Source: a phage
Direction: 5' to 3' (one strand)
Length of the DNA: 52,949 nucleotides
Sequence record: PX651718.1
This document shows, one piece after another, positions 40,292 through 48,437 of the stretch (position 1 is its first letter; every line of letters begins with the position of its first letter). Position numbers and translations under genes: made by a program. The notes beneath the pieces were generated by a model. That model was given only the letters and a program-made list of their open reading frames with translations, had not been told where the DNA came from and did no database searches.

Positions 40292-40299
40292 GAGAAACA

Positions 40300-40340
40300 G
40301 GGCTGTCATCGAAAGGTGATGGCCCTTTCTTTATTCTTTA
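40300..40340 (+). terminator. rho-independent terminator after the RNA polymerase gene
   Basis: GGGC ... CATC-GAAAGGT-GATG ... GCCC stem-loop followed by TTTCTTTATTCTTTA. Confidence 0.55.
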
Positions 40341-40373
40341 TTAATTAAATCCTTTAATTCCCAATATTCAAGC

Positions 40374-40405
40374 AATATTGCTGCATGTAATATTGTTTCA
40401 ATATT
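40374..40405 (+). promoter_or_regulatory. cluster of CAATATT / AATATTG half-sites
   Basis: CAATATTCAAGCAATATTGCTGCATGTAATATTGTTTCAATATTCG: four half-sites within about 45 nt. Confidence 0.35.
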
Positions 40406-40409
40406 CGAC

Positions 40410-40425
40410 ATTAGTTGGATGTGAA
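40410..40425 (+). promoter_or_regulatory. conserved promoter-like motif ATTAGTTGGATGTGAA (consensus copy)
   Basis: Exact consensus. Confidence 0.45.
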
Positions 40426-41074
40426 GTAAAAGAATACGGAGAAATATTACTCACTTCGTTCGTGAGTTACCGCATGTCATGTTGAATCATTCTAGAAACA
40501 TTTAGCATGTCAGCTTTGAGTTACAGCGTTGTAATGATGTGGCAATCATTGAACTCCCTGGGTTGGCCACCTACAGTTCCAGCAACCATGACTTAGAGTA
40601 GGGATATCTATCCGAAACTTGTACTTCACCTATAGCATGTTCAATTGCGACAATATTGCTCCATCTCCTATTATAAAGGCCCACCCACAAGCCGGGAGAT
40701 AACTTTGGTAATATTGGAACTTTTGGACATGCTTCTTTCTTTCTTTCTACAAGAAATCGAAAGAAGAGAAGAGTCGGAGCAAAGCCTCTCGTTTACACGA
40801 AGAAGCCGCCCGATTTTGAGCAACAAATATTGTGACAATTGCGTCGCAGTATGGCATGTAAATATTGCTACAAATTGGCATGTTGGAATGTGGCAGAATT
40901 GTTAGAGGACTAATCACCTCGAAGATACAATCGTCTACCAATCTGGCATGTTAATTTTGTAACAGTATTTGTGCCAATTTCGCATGTAATAGCTGTATCA
41001 GTATTGACCCAATATTCTTGCAACCCGCATGAATACTGGCTTCCAGCCAAGCGAAGGCTTTATCATCGCATGTA

Positions 41075-41091
41075 AATATTGTGACAATATT
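41075..41091 (+). promoter_or_regulatory. perfect 17-bp palindrome AATATTG-TGA-CAATATT preceded by GCATGTA
   Basis: Exact inverted repeat; GCATGT(A/T)AAT...TTG..ACAA units recur at 40853, 40945, 40981 and 41217. Confidence 0.4.
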
Positions 41092-41128
41092 GGGATAAAA
41101 CCCTTTATTTAATTAGTTTTATTATGCT

Positions 41129-41153
41129 GTACATGGTCGGTTTTCCGTACCTG
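41129..41153 (+). repeat. third copy of the GTACATGGTCGG...GTACCTG direct repeat
   Basis: GTACATGGTCGG is identical to 37885-37896. Confidence 0.5.
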
Positions 41154-41285
41154 CTTGCTCCAATCTTAATGTGCCAAATACGTTAAGTATGGGAGTAAAC
41201 CTGTAATTAATGGTGCATGTTTAATTGTGACAAAATTCGTCTATTTGGCAGATGAGTTAGTTGCAATTAAGCATGTTCATTTATC

Positions 41286-41301
41286 ATTAGTTGCATGTGA
41301 A
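41286..41301 (+). promoter_or_regulatory. conserved promoter-like motif ATTAGTTGCATGTGAA
   Basis: 15 of 16 match to consensus. Confidence 0.4.
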
Positions 41302-41399
41302 TAAGACCAAATCTCTGTAAATTCTGCTGAAATTGTGTGACAGATTTTAGAGAGATTATGTCTCCAAGCTAATCATTGTAGTTTTTCGACACTTTGTGT

Positions 41400-41440
41400 G
41401 TCACATATATAGCCTGTGAAAAACGTGTGGTATATTGCTG
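41400..41440 (+). promoter_or_regulatory. possible host sigma70-type promoter with extended -10 (TGGTATATT)
   Basis: TGnTATATT at 41428-41436 about 150 nt upstream of the first early ORF; weak -35. Confidence 0.25.
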
Positions 41441-41591
41441 GATTGCAACGCGCCCACCAGACTAGGAAGTCACTGATGGCGGCACACACAGGAATACTAT
41501 ATAACTCCCTACAACTTTAAGGTGGATTGAGGTAAGACAAGACCTCCACAATCGTTCTGTAGGGAGTTTTCCTTTAACTTTGGAGAATAAA

Positions 41592-41843
41592 ATGGATACC
41601 ATCAACAAACGTGCAAAATTTGCTGACCTATCAGAAGGTCAAATCTTCACTTACAACTCTATCAAATGTATTAAGGTAGAGGGTGAGTGTGGCCTATACA
41701 ACACTGTAAGATTCTATGACTCAAGCCGTGCATGTAAACTTAAAGACAGTGATGTTGTTGAAATCGAAATCGAATTAGAGCCAGATGGTTCAAATGATGA
41801 AATCATTCTGCGTAAAACTGTTGGATACACTAAAGGATTCTGA
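41592..41843 (+). CDS. hypothetical early protein
   Basis: ATG at 41592 with GGAG 6 nt upstream (track ORF starts at an upstream TTG). Confidence 0.55.
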   Translation: MDTINKRAKFADLSEGQIFTYNSIKCIKVEGECGLYNTVRFYDSSRACKLKDSDVVEIEIELEPDGSNDEIILRKTVGYTKGF

Positions 41844-41844
41844 A

Positions 41845-42087
41845 ATGAATTATGCACTGTATCAATATATCAATCGTGATGGTGTTGTTTCTCATGCTTT
41901 GGTCAATACCAAGACCAGAGCAATAATGTTGGCAGACCTAATGTCTGGTTCGTCAATTTACGAAAACAAGCTAGTGTGGAAGAATGCAGCGTATCCTGAA
42001 TACGTTTGGCAAGCAATCCAGAATGACAAACATCACAAAGTTGTGGCAACTGCCGCACATCCAGATTTCCTGAAAGTGAGAGGTTAA
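41845..42087 (+). CDS. hypothetical early protein
   Basis: ATG overlapping the previous stop (TGAAATG). Confidence 0.5.
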   Translation: MNYALYQYINRDGVVSHALVNTKTRAIMLADLMSGSSIYENKLVWKNAAYPEYVWQAIQNDKHHKVVATAAHPDFLKVRG

Positions 42088-42088
42088 C

Positions 42089-42277
42089 ATGGACTTCATC
42101 GTCTACTTTAAGTTAAATGGTGTAGAGCAAAGTTTGTACTTCAATTCTTTACTTCGTTTGCAACAGTGGGCGGAGAAGTTTGTTGGTTATGATTTTGACT
42201 ACATCAACGCATGTACACCTGACGAACATGAGGAAATCGTGTTCAGTTCTTTAAATCAAATTCTGGAGGCCAAGTGA
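42089..42277 (+). CDS. hypothetical early protein
   Basis: Track ORF with GAGAGG RBS. Confidence 0.5.
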   Translation: MDFIVYFKLNGVEQSLYFNSLLRLQQWAEKFVGYDFDYINACTPDEHEEIVFSSLNQILEAK

Positions 42278-42438
42278 AGAAGCTCAAGTACATGACTAAA
42301 ACGGTTACATACATGGCTATGTACGGTGCTTCAAAGCGTAAGGCTAAGAAATTAGCAAGAGCTGCAAATCCTCGTATGCCAGCACGTAAAGTGGCTAAAA
42401 TCGTTAACCTAGTATTTGGGAATTGGAGTGCAAAATGA
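42274..42438 (+). CDS. small basic protein (K/R-rich, 54 aa), hypothetical
   Basis: GTG at 42274 after GGAGG; below the track's 60-aa cutoff. Confidence 0.35.
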   Translation: MKKLKYMTKTVTYMAMYGASKRKAKKLARAANPRMPARKVAKIVNLVFGNWSAK

Positions 42439-42608
42439 ACGACCAGCAATTCAACACATTCATGCAGCAGATTAATCATCAAGAATTGATGGACACTCTC
42501 AAAGGCAAGAAGCCAGTCGAACGTCAATATCGTAAAATTGATAATTATATGCCAACCATTATTGCATGTGTTGGATTTCTAATTGTTCTCTACTTCCTGG
42601 TGAAATAA
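42435..42608 (+). CDS. small protein with C-terminal TM segment
   Basis: ATG at 42435 with GGAG upstream; C-terminal TIIACVGFLIVLYFLV. Confidence 0.45.
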   Translation: MNDQQFNTFMQQINHQELMDTLKGKKPVERQYRKIDNYMPTIIACVGFLIVLYFLVK

Positions 42609-42705
42609 ATGGATATTGTAAAGAAACTCGTATTCTGTATTATGATGTTCCCACTTGTGCTACTTGTTGTTGGCGCATTCATGTACTTTTAATGCCGGAG
42701 TTATT

Positions 42706-42966
42706 ATGGCTACCAGAACAGGCATGATGATTGTCCCAAGCCGTAATAACTCTTTAAGCGGCTTTACACCATATAAAATCTATGAAGTGATTTCTGGCAC
42801 TGGTGAAGCAAACCTGTCAGAAGTTGCTTTGAAGTTGGGCCGTATGGTCCACTCCGAAATCTCCTGTAACGTAGTTGATGATGAAGGCAAAATCCGTTTT
42901 GTAACAATGGATTTCTTTCGTGAATTTAACCTCAAATCTGAATTAGGAGTTCTATACCATGAATGA
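42706..42966 (+). CDS. hypothetical early protein
   Basis: ATG at 42706 with GGAG 5 nt upstream; in frame with track ORF 42655..42966. Confidence 0.5.
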   Translation: MATRTGMMIVPSRNNSLSGFTPYKIYEVISGTGEANLSEVALKLGRMVHSEISCNVVDDEGKIRFVTMDFFREFNLKSELGVLYHE

Positions 42967-43141
42967 TGATGATGTTGTCTGCCCAAGGTGTGGCAGCAAT
43001 AACGTAGACCATGTAGCACACGAAGCAGTGGGAATGTATGGTCCAGTAGTTCTGGATAGTGCATTCTGTATAGATTGTGGTTTAAACATTTATCGTGGAA
43101 AACTTATAGACAATAGTGGGAATATCCCGCCAAAAGGATAA
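42959..43141 (+). CDS. small zinc-ribbon protein
   Basis: CPRCGS ... CIDCG. Confidence 0.5.
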   Translation: MNDDDVVCPRCGSNNVDHVAHEAVGMYGPVVLDSAFCIDCGLNIYRGKLIDNSGNIPPKG

Positions 43142-43143
43142 TC

Positions 43144-43371
43144 ATGAAATTTAAATGTGTTGCTTCAACCAAAGACTATGTTCCAGTTGGCTTCATCGTT
43201 GAAGGTGAAGCTATTTCGCCTTTGGAATTTAAAGTAACAAAATCGGCTGAGAGTGTTTCTCCAGCATTTCGTAAAGGTGCTGTAGTACCTATGAATGGGA
43301 CATTCTGGACATGGCAGCGTGACCATGAAGCAGAATTTGCAGATATTTGTGAACAAGGTTTATTGCAATGA
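43144..43371 (+). CDS. small protein, paralog A (begins MKFKCVASTK)
   Basis: Track ORF with AAAGGA RBS; related to the next gene. Confidence 0.55.
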   Translation: MKFKCVASTKDYVPVGFIVEGEAISPLEFKVTKSAESVSPAFRKGAVVPMNGTFWTWQRDHEAEFADICEQGLLQ

Positions 43372-43598
43372 CAAAGTTTAAATGTGTGAAATCAACCTCC
43401 TCATCTGAACATACTCCGAAAGTTGGGGATGTGATTGAGGGAGAACTTATCCACATACAGAGAAGACACGGAACAGACACTCGAATAGTTATTTCGAATG
43501 TTGGAAACCGAATGGCTGCAAACGGAAGGCCATATTGGAACATTGGTGAAAAGGTTCCGCTAAAAGGTAGTGTCTGGTCCTGGGAAGAAGTCAAATAA
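43368..43598 (+). CDS. small protein, paralog B (begins MTKFKCVKST)
   Basis: Track ORF; ATGA overlap; same N-terminal motif and a shared W-x-W/E pattern near the C-terminus. Confidence 0.55.
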   Translation: MTKFKCVKSTSSSEHTPKVGDVIEGELIHIQRRHGTDTRIVISNVGNRMAANGRPYWNIGEKVPLKGSVWSWEEVK

Positions 43599-43628
43599 TT
43601 TCCTCAACCACTTTTGTGATGAGAGTGG

Positions 43629-43952
43629 TTGCTGAATATTATTAATCAACTTGAAGCATTTATGAAACAACGTACTCGTTTACAACGTGACCCAGCCACA
43701 GGTCGCTTGTTGCCAGCATATTTGAAAGTTGGTGACTTAGTTTACACCCGTGACTTTGCTTTTGACATTTGCCCAAGCAAAGCGTATGAAGTTCTTGCCA
43801 CCAGCTTGTCTGGTCCTAAAGTGATATTCGGTGCACTTGAGCCAATTCAGTTAACTGGAACTCAGTTTGTCATTAAAGACGAATCTGGTTGCAACCGCAT
43901 CTTCAATCTCGAAGGCGGCTTATCCAAATGGGAGAAGGTGAAGCGTGGGTAA
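43629..43952 (+). CDS. hypothetical early protein (start uncertain; ATG at 43662 possible)
   Basis: Track ORF. Confidence 0.45.
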   Translation: MLNIINQLEAFMKQRTRLQRDPATGRLLPAYLKVGDLVYTRDFAFDICPSKAYEVLATSLSGPKVIFGALEPIQLTGTQFVIKDESGCNRIFNLEGGLSKWEKVKRG

Positions 43953-44178
43953 GAATTATATCGAAATGTTTAAACGACTGCCCATTAATGGGCAGGAGTT
44001 CTTACTAAACGATGCAAGACAAGATGTGGAGCTGTCTGATAAATACAGCTTCTCGTATCAGAGGACTATTGTAAAATGGACGTTCTCTTACATATCCTAC
44101 AATCTTCCAGGAGAAACGCTTGTGATTAGTGGTTCTGGAGATTCCGTATTATCCGCTTTGGAGAAACTAAAGCAATGA
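43945..44178 (+). CDS. hypothetical early protein
   Basis: Track ORF with GTG start and AAGGTGA RBS. Confidence 0.45.
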   Translation: MGKNYIEMFKRLPINGQEFLLNDARQDVELSDKYSFSYQRTIVKWTFSYISYNLPGETLVISGSGDSVLSALEKLKQ

Positions 44179-44462
44179 ACAAGAATTCAGTCTTACGTTA
44201 TGTTGGTAAAACAAACTACAACTTTACCAACGGTAAGAAATACAAAATCGTCGCAGGTCGTGGTGACGGGGTTCCTCGCAACAACGGTACACTCGGTGCG
44301 TATATTCAATCTCCTTTGGGTTTTGTCGTTAATGACGATAACCGCAATTTATGTTATCGTACATTCTCCGATAATTGGGAACTTGTGAAAGATTCTGGTG
44401 AAGTTAGTTGGTATAAGCCTGAATCAAACATGGACCCAATTCCAATCTCAAAGGTAATGTAA
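44175..44462 (+). CDS. hypothetical early protein
   Basis: Track ORF. Confidence 0.5.
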   Translation: MNKNSVLRYVGKTNYNFTNGKKYKIVAGRGDGVPRNNGTLGAYIQSPLGFVVNDDNRNLCYRTFSDNWELVKDSGEVSWYKPESNMDPIPISKVM

Positions 44463-44704
44463 TGAAGGAAGATATTAAGGAAATATTTGCAGGATTGGTT
44501 CTTCCTATCATTGTTTGTGTTGTTGCAATTGCATTTGTGATTGTGTTGCCTACATACTTTGTTTACAAATATGAATGCAAAACCTTTGCAGAATTGCAGC
44601 AAACTGAGTTCAAATACACAATCAATGGTACGTGCTACATTGAATCACCAAGCGGTGAATGGATTACCAAAGATATGTGGTACTTTGACAAACTGACTCG
44701 TTAA
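44462..44704 (+). CDS. small membrane protein (one TM segment)
   Basis: Track ORF; hydrophobic LVLPIIVCVVAIAFVIVLPTYFVY. Confidence 0.5.
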   Translation: MKEDIKEIFAGLVLPIIVCVVAIAFVIVLPTYFVYKYECKTFAELQQTEFKYTINGTCYIESPSGEWITKDMWYFDKLTR

Positions 44705-44746
44705 ATTAACAAGGAGCATTCATTGAGTGTTCCTGATTAATCTAAC

Positions 44747-44762
44747 ATTAGTTGAATGTGAA
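44747..44762 (+). promoter_or_regulatory. conserved promoter-like motif ATTAGTTGAATGTGAA
   Basis: 15 of 16 match; about 20 nt upstream of the RBS of the next gene. Confidence 0.45.
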
Positions 44763-44783
44763 TAACAACTTTTGGAGGTATTT

Positions 44784-45305
44784 ATGTTTTACACTGGTGT
44801 GGGAAGTCGTGAAACTCCTGAGCATATTTGCGAACTGCTGACTAGAGTAGCTTCCAAACTGGCCAGACTTGGTTGGGTAGTTCGCACAGGAGGTGCTCAA
44901 GGTGCTGACGAAGCATTTCTGGCTGGCTGCAACGGAAGGACAGAGAACTTTATACCTTGGAATGGTTTTGGAAGTTATGGTGGCGTAGTACCGGACCTGA
45001 ATCGAAATTGGGAATACCTGCAAAGTGTTGAAAACGTAAACCCACTAATCCACAGGAAAGAGACAAGAAACCTTGACAAATATAGAGGATTTTGGAAACT
45101 ACAGGCACGAAATGTTAGTCAGGTGCTTGGACTTAATTTAGACACTCCATCCAAGTTTTGTATCTTATACGCTCCGACAACATCAACTGGTGTGAGTGGC
45201 GGCACCAACACTGCATATCAGGTTGCAGTTCAGTCCGGGATACCTTGTTTTAACCTGTTTGACCCTGCTATAGTGGCAAGGTTTGAGAAATTTGTATCTG
45301 AGTGA
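44784..45305 (+). CDS. Rossmann-fold DprA/SLOG-superfamily-like protein
   Basis: YTGVGSRETP ... RTGGAQGADEAF resembles the DprA/Smf-type GSR ... SG.A.G.D..A signature; ATG at 44784 with GGAGG upstream. Confidence 0.45.
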   Translation: MFYTGVGSRETPEHICELLTRVASKLARLGWVVRTGGAQGADEAFLAGCNGRTENFIPWNGFGSYGGVVPDLNRNWEYLQSVENVNPLIHRKETRNLDKYRGFWKLQARNVSQVLGLNLDTPSKFCILYAPTTSTGVSGGTNTAYQVAVQSGIPCFNLFDPAIVARFEKFVSE

Positions 45306-45342
45306 TTATCAGGGTGCATTTACGAGTGTACCCGAATAATCC

Positions 45343-45358
45343 AAATAGTTGGATTTGA
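45343..45358 (+). promoter_or_regulatory. weaker copy of the promoter-like motif (AATAGTTGGATTTGAA)
   Basis: 14 of 16 match. Confidence 0.3.
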
Positions 45359-45433
45359 AGAGGGACAAAGCTATTCCGTGGTTAGCAATGTCACTGAAAC
45401 TTAAACTGTAATTAACTTAAGAGAATCTTAATC

Positions 45434-45811
45434 ATGGCACAATATTCAGATGTAAACACTGGCATCATCGGTCCTAACGGCTTCAAGAAAGACCCAAAAC
45501 ATCCCGACATTCGTGGGCGTATTAACGTTGACGGAATCTGGTATTGGGTGTCTGGTTGGAACAAGCAAGCAAATGGTAATGAGTTTACCTCACTTGCATT
45601 AACCATCATGACCCAAGAACAGGTCGATGAAATGATGCGTAAGCGTGAAGAGAAAGCTAAAGCCAAAGCTCAACCTCAAGCTGCCGCTCAACAGCAACAG
45701 CAACGTCAGCAACCTTCTGCACAACAGCAAGCACCTGCTCAGCAACAGACGCAGAACAGTAACTACAATCCGAACGAGCCGAAAGACTTCGACGACGACA
45801 TTCCGTTCTAA
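45434..45811 (+). CDS. compact ssDNA-binding-like protein carrying the E. coli SSB C-terminal tip DFDDDIPF
   Basis: C-terminal ...PKDFDDDIPF; Q/A/P-rich linker; short N-terminal beta-rich domain with GIWYWVSGW. Confidence 0.6.
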   Translation: MAQYSDVNTGIIGPNGFKKDPKHPDIRGRINVDGIWYWVSGWNKQANGNEFTSLALTIMTQEQVDEMMRKREEKAKAKAQPQAAAQQQQQRQQPSAQQQAPAQQQTQNSNYNPNEPKDFDDDIPF

Positions 45812-45821
45812 TGGAGATGCC

Positions 45822-45850
45822 CTATGAAAATTCTATGTTTTATAGGGCTA
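45822..45850 (+). terminator. possible terminator hairpin
   Basis: CCCTAT ... ATAGGG stem with T-rich loop after the stop at 45811. Confidence 0.3.
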
Positions 45851-45920
45851 CATAATTGGGAGATTTCTCATACAAACGATTATGTAACCTTTTGGGTGTG
45901 TAAGAACTGTTCAGCAATGC

Positions 45921-46811
45921 GTGAGGAATATCGTGGGAACTAAGGCTATCAAAATTCCGGTAAATTTGGTATCGAAAGGTGATATATACCTGCACGATTG
46001 CAAAGAGTACCTAATAGAAAGGATACTCCATTTTGCCAACATTGTACAACTGCAATATAATGGAGGATATTTCAACTTGGACGCATACAAGATTGTGGAA
46101 ATTGTCGATAAGCATGAAAATGCGCCAAAGGTTACTCCAGTCAAAGCTGGGATGGTTGTAGCAGGTGAAACACTTAGCTATGGTGTAAACTTCTTCTACA
46201 TTACTCGCGTAGAAGATTATGGTTCAGATGTTCGACTGCATCACTCGAAAGGGTACTTCGACTTTGTGAAGAGTAGGGTTGTCTACGTTGTTAACCCAGG
46301 CCCAATGGCAAGCTCACCAACAATTGAGTTCCCAAACCAAATAAATCCAATATTCCTTCCTGTGGAGGAGTTCAAGAAGCAGGAAATATCCGATGAAGAA
46401 GATGTTCTCGGAAAAGATGTAGAAGTTGGCGATGTTATTTGGGTAAATGGAAATTGGGCAACTGTAACAAACGTGTACAAACATCCACATTCGCCAGCCA
46501 ATAAAGTGAATGTAGACTATGGAAACATTAAAGGTTTACAAGTACGGCTGGCATTAACTGGAACATTCTCAAGAAAGGTAAGAGCAGTAATGGAAACATT
46601 AAATATTCAAAATGCAATCGAAGCACAACGCATTCTTCTGCAAAAGCTGGAGCAAATGTTGGAGTTAACTCAGCTTCCGCCAACAGAAGATGGCAAGATT
46701 GCAGTTGGTAACTGTAATATTCGCGTGGACAAGGCATCAATCTCTAAAGCCGCGCGCGATGAAATGAAAGCTGCTGCGAGCAAATCCGCAGAGCTTATCA
46801 AGAAGCTGTAA
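45921..46811 (+). CDS. hypothetical protein (296 aa)
   Basis: Track ORF with GTG start. Confidence 0.5.
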   Translation: MRNIVGTKAIKIPVNLVSKGDIYLHDCKEYLIERILHFANIVQLQYNGGYFNLDAYKIVEIVDKHENAPKVTPVKAGMVVAGETLSYGVNFFYITRVEDYGSDVRLHHSKGYFDFVKSRVVYVVNPGPMASSPTIEFPNQINPIFLPVEEFKKQEISDEEDVLGKDVEVGDVIWVNGNWATVTNVYKHPHSPANKVNVDYGNIKGLQVRLALTGTFSRKVRAVMETLNIQNAIEAQRILLQKLEQMLELTQLPPTEDGKIAVGNCNIRVDKASISKAARDEMKAAASKSAELIKKL

Positions 46812-46863
46812 TTAACAGAGGTCATTCCACTTCGAGTGGCCTCGATTAATTATTGGAGGAATT

Positions 46864-47223
46864 ATGAAACTTAAATACATCATTATTTATACTCTGGCAT
46901 TAATTGTTTTGGCGTTCTTTAGCTTTGAGTCTAAAGCGTCAACAAAGAACTTTAAATGTGGAGCATATACTCTTGTAGTTGATAACATCGGAGACAGCCA
47001 ACCTCTGATTGCGTCAATAATTCCTGAATCTGGTGTTTGGATAGAAGTCCCAAGTGATGAGCCAAATCCTGCAACAGTTTTATTTTACAACATTAAAGAT
47101 AGCAGGTTTGCTGCACTGTTTATAAATCATGAAGATAAACTTGTGCTACAGATTTTCCGTGATGGGGATTTCCTCAAAGCAAACTATCCTGTCTTATCCA
47201 CCAGCTGTACGGAGAAGAAATGA
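46864..47223 (+). CDS. secreted/periplasmic protein with N-terminal signal peptide
   Basis: MKLKYIIIYTLALIVLAFFSFESKAS; RBS GGAGG. Confidence 0.55.
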   Translation: MKLKYIIIYTLALIVLAFFSFESKASTKNFKCGAYTLVVDNIGDSQPLIASIIPESGVWIEVPSDEPNPATVLFYNIKDSRFAALFINHEDKLVLQIFRDGDFLKANYPVLSTSCTEKK

Positions 47224-47453
47224 CTTCAACAGAATTTATTATTGATGGGGTTCAATACCTGCTGGAATCCAATTGCGAGTATCGCCATTGGGCAGTAATT
47301 CACGACCGAGTTGTAAAATACTTGGAACGTGTAGGGAAGGAAACTGCTAAATCTATGTTGTTTGAGGCAACAGTTCTTGGAACAACCTCAATCAATAAAG
47401 AATTAGTGTCTTTCAAATTAACCATTCACCCTAGTGGGAATAGCTTTCAATGA
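47220..47453 (+). CDS. hypothetical protein
   Basis: Track ORF; ATGA overlap. Confidence 0.5.
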   Translation: MTSTEFIIDGVQYLLESNCEYRHWAVIHDRVVKYLERVGKETAKSMLFEATVLGTTSINKELVSFKLTIHPSGNSFQ

Positions 47454-47725
47454 TTTCAATAGACCAAGTTCCAGTTGAACTAAGTAAGGCAAAAGGTAAG
47501 CTAGACGATGCCAAATCTGACTTATCTACCTTTGATTTAAATGCTCCGGCCGATAAAGTTAGGGTTTTCATCGGCTGTATTGATGGATGGGTGCTTATTG
47601 AGCATGGAGTCCTTCGAGCATTACTTGTTGATGAAGTTGCCAAGGCTCAGAAAGCATTTGACGAGATTGATAACCTCAACACACTGTTAAACAATACTTT
47701 AAGCGATGCGCTAAAGGATAAGTAA
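47450..47725 (+). CDS. hypothetical protein
   Basis: Track ORF. Confidence 0.5.
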   Translation: MISIDQVPVELSKAKGKLDDAKSDLSTFDLNAPADKVRVFIGCIDGWVLIEHGVLRALLVDEVAKAQKAFDEIDNLNTLLNNTLSDALKDK

Positions 47726-48138
47726 TGAATGTTAAGCTCGGTCAACGTTCTTTGGACCGACTTAAGGGAGTAAATCCTTCATTAGTTGCAGTTTTCAAAC
47801 GTGCATGTGAAACAATGCCTTTTGATGTGACTGTTTTGGAAGGTTTACGCTCTTATGAACGTCAACAAGAACTGTTAAAACAGGGTGCAACCAAAGTTTC
47901 AGTTAGCCGACACATGTCAGGCAACGCTTTAGACATTGCACCATATCCAATTGACTGGAATGACCTCGAACGATTCAAAGTTTTAGCTCATCATATGTTC
48001 AAAGCTGCAAAAGAGCTTGGAATTACCATTCGTTGGGGTGGGAACTGGAGCCGTATTGATGAAAATCAGCCGTATCCACCACTTGCGCCAGGTAAGAAGA
48101 AGCTGATTGATATGCCGCACTTCGAACTTCCAGCATAA
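47725..48138 (+). CDS. peptidase M15-family peptidoglycan hydrolase
   Basis: SRHMSGNALDIAP (His...Asp zinc ligands) and C-terminal PHFELP, as in M15 phage endolysins. Confidence 0.7.
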   Translation: MNVKLGQRSLDRLKGVNPSLVAVFKRACETMPFDVTVLEGLRSYERQQELLKQGATKVSVSRHMSGNALDIAPYPIDWNDLERFKVLAHHMFKAAKELGITIRWGGNWSRIDENQPYPPLAPGKKKLIDMPHFELPA

Positions 48139-48146
48139 CTTCATCA

Positions 48147-48437
48147 ATGGAGCATCCGATGGAATATCAGGAAATACCGAAAGAGTTAGAGCGTATGCAA
48201 TCTCGCACATCTCGTGCAGAGGCAGAACTCCACCAGCATTTGTCAAACTATGTGTATGATTCTCGAAATCTCAGATACGAAATTTCGGTAGATGGTTGTT
48301 GCTATCCGGTAACATACGATGAGAAGACCGCCATCTTAGACATATTAGTGAAGGGTGGAAAAGAGCGGATTGAACAGCTCAAAATCCTTAATGCGGAACT
48401 TCAAGGTATGTGGGAGAAACTAAATGCAAAACGATAG
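48147..48437 (+). CDS. hypothetical protein
   Basis: Track ORF. Confidence 0.45.
   Translation: MEHPMEYQEIPKELERMQSRTSRAEAELHQHLSNYVYDSRNLRYEISVDGCCYPVTYDEKTAILDILVKGGKERIEQLKILNAELQGMWEKLNAKR

Noticed and set aside
40645-40941. Short ORFs (40645..40905 +, 40747..40941 -) inside the regulatory region after the RNAP gene
   Set aside because: No RBS, low-complexity products, embedded in repeat and palindrome-rich DNA; more likely regulatory sequence than coding.
37829-41301. CRISPR array in the repeat-rich regions around the RNAP gene
   Set aside because: Repeats are short, degenerate, irregularly spaced and partly palindromic, with no uniform repeat-spacer periodicity; no cas genes are present.
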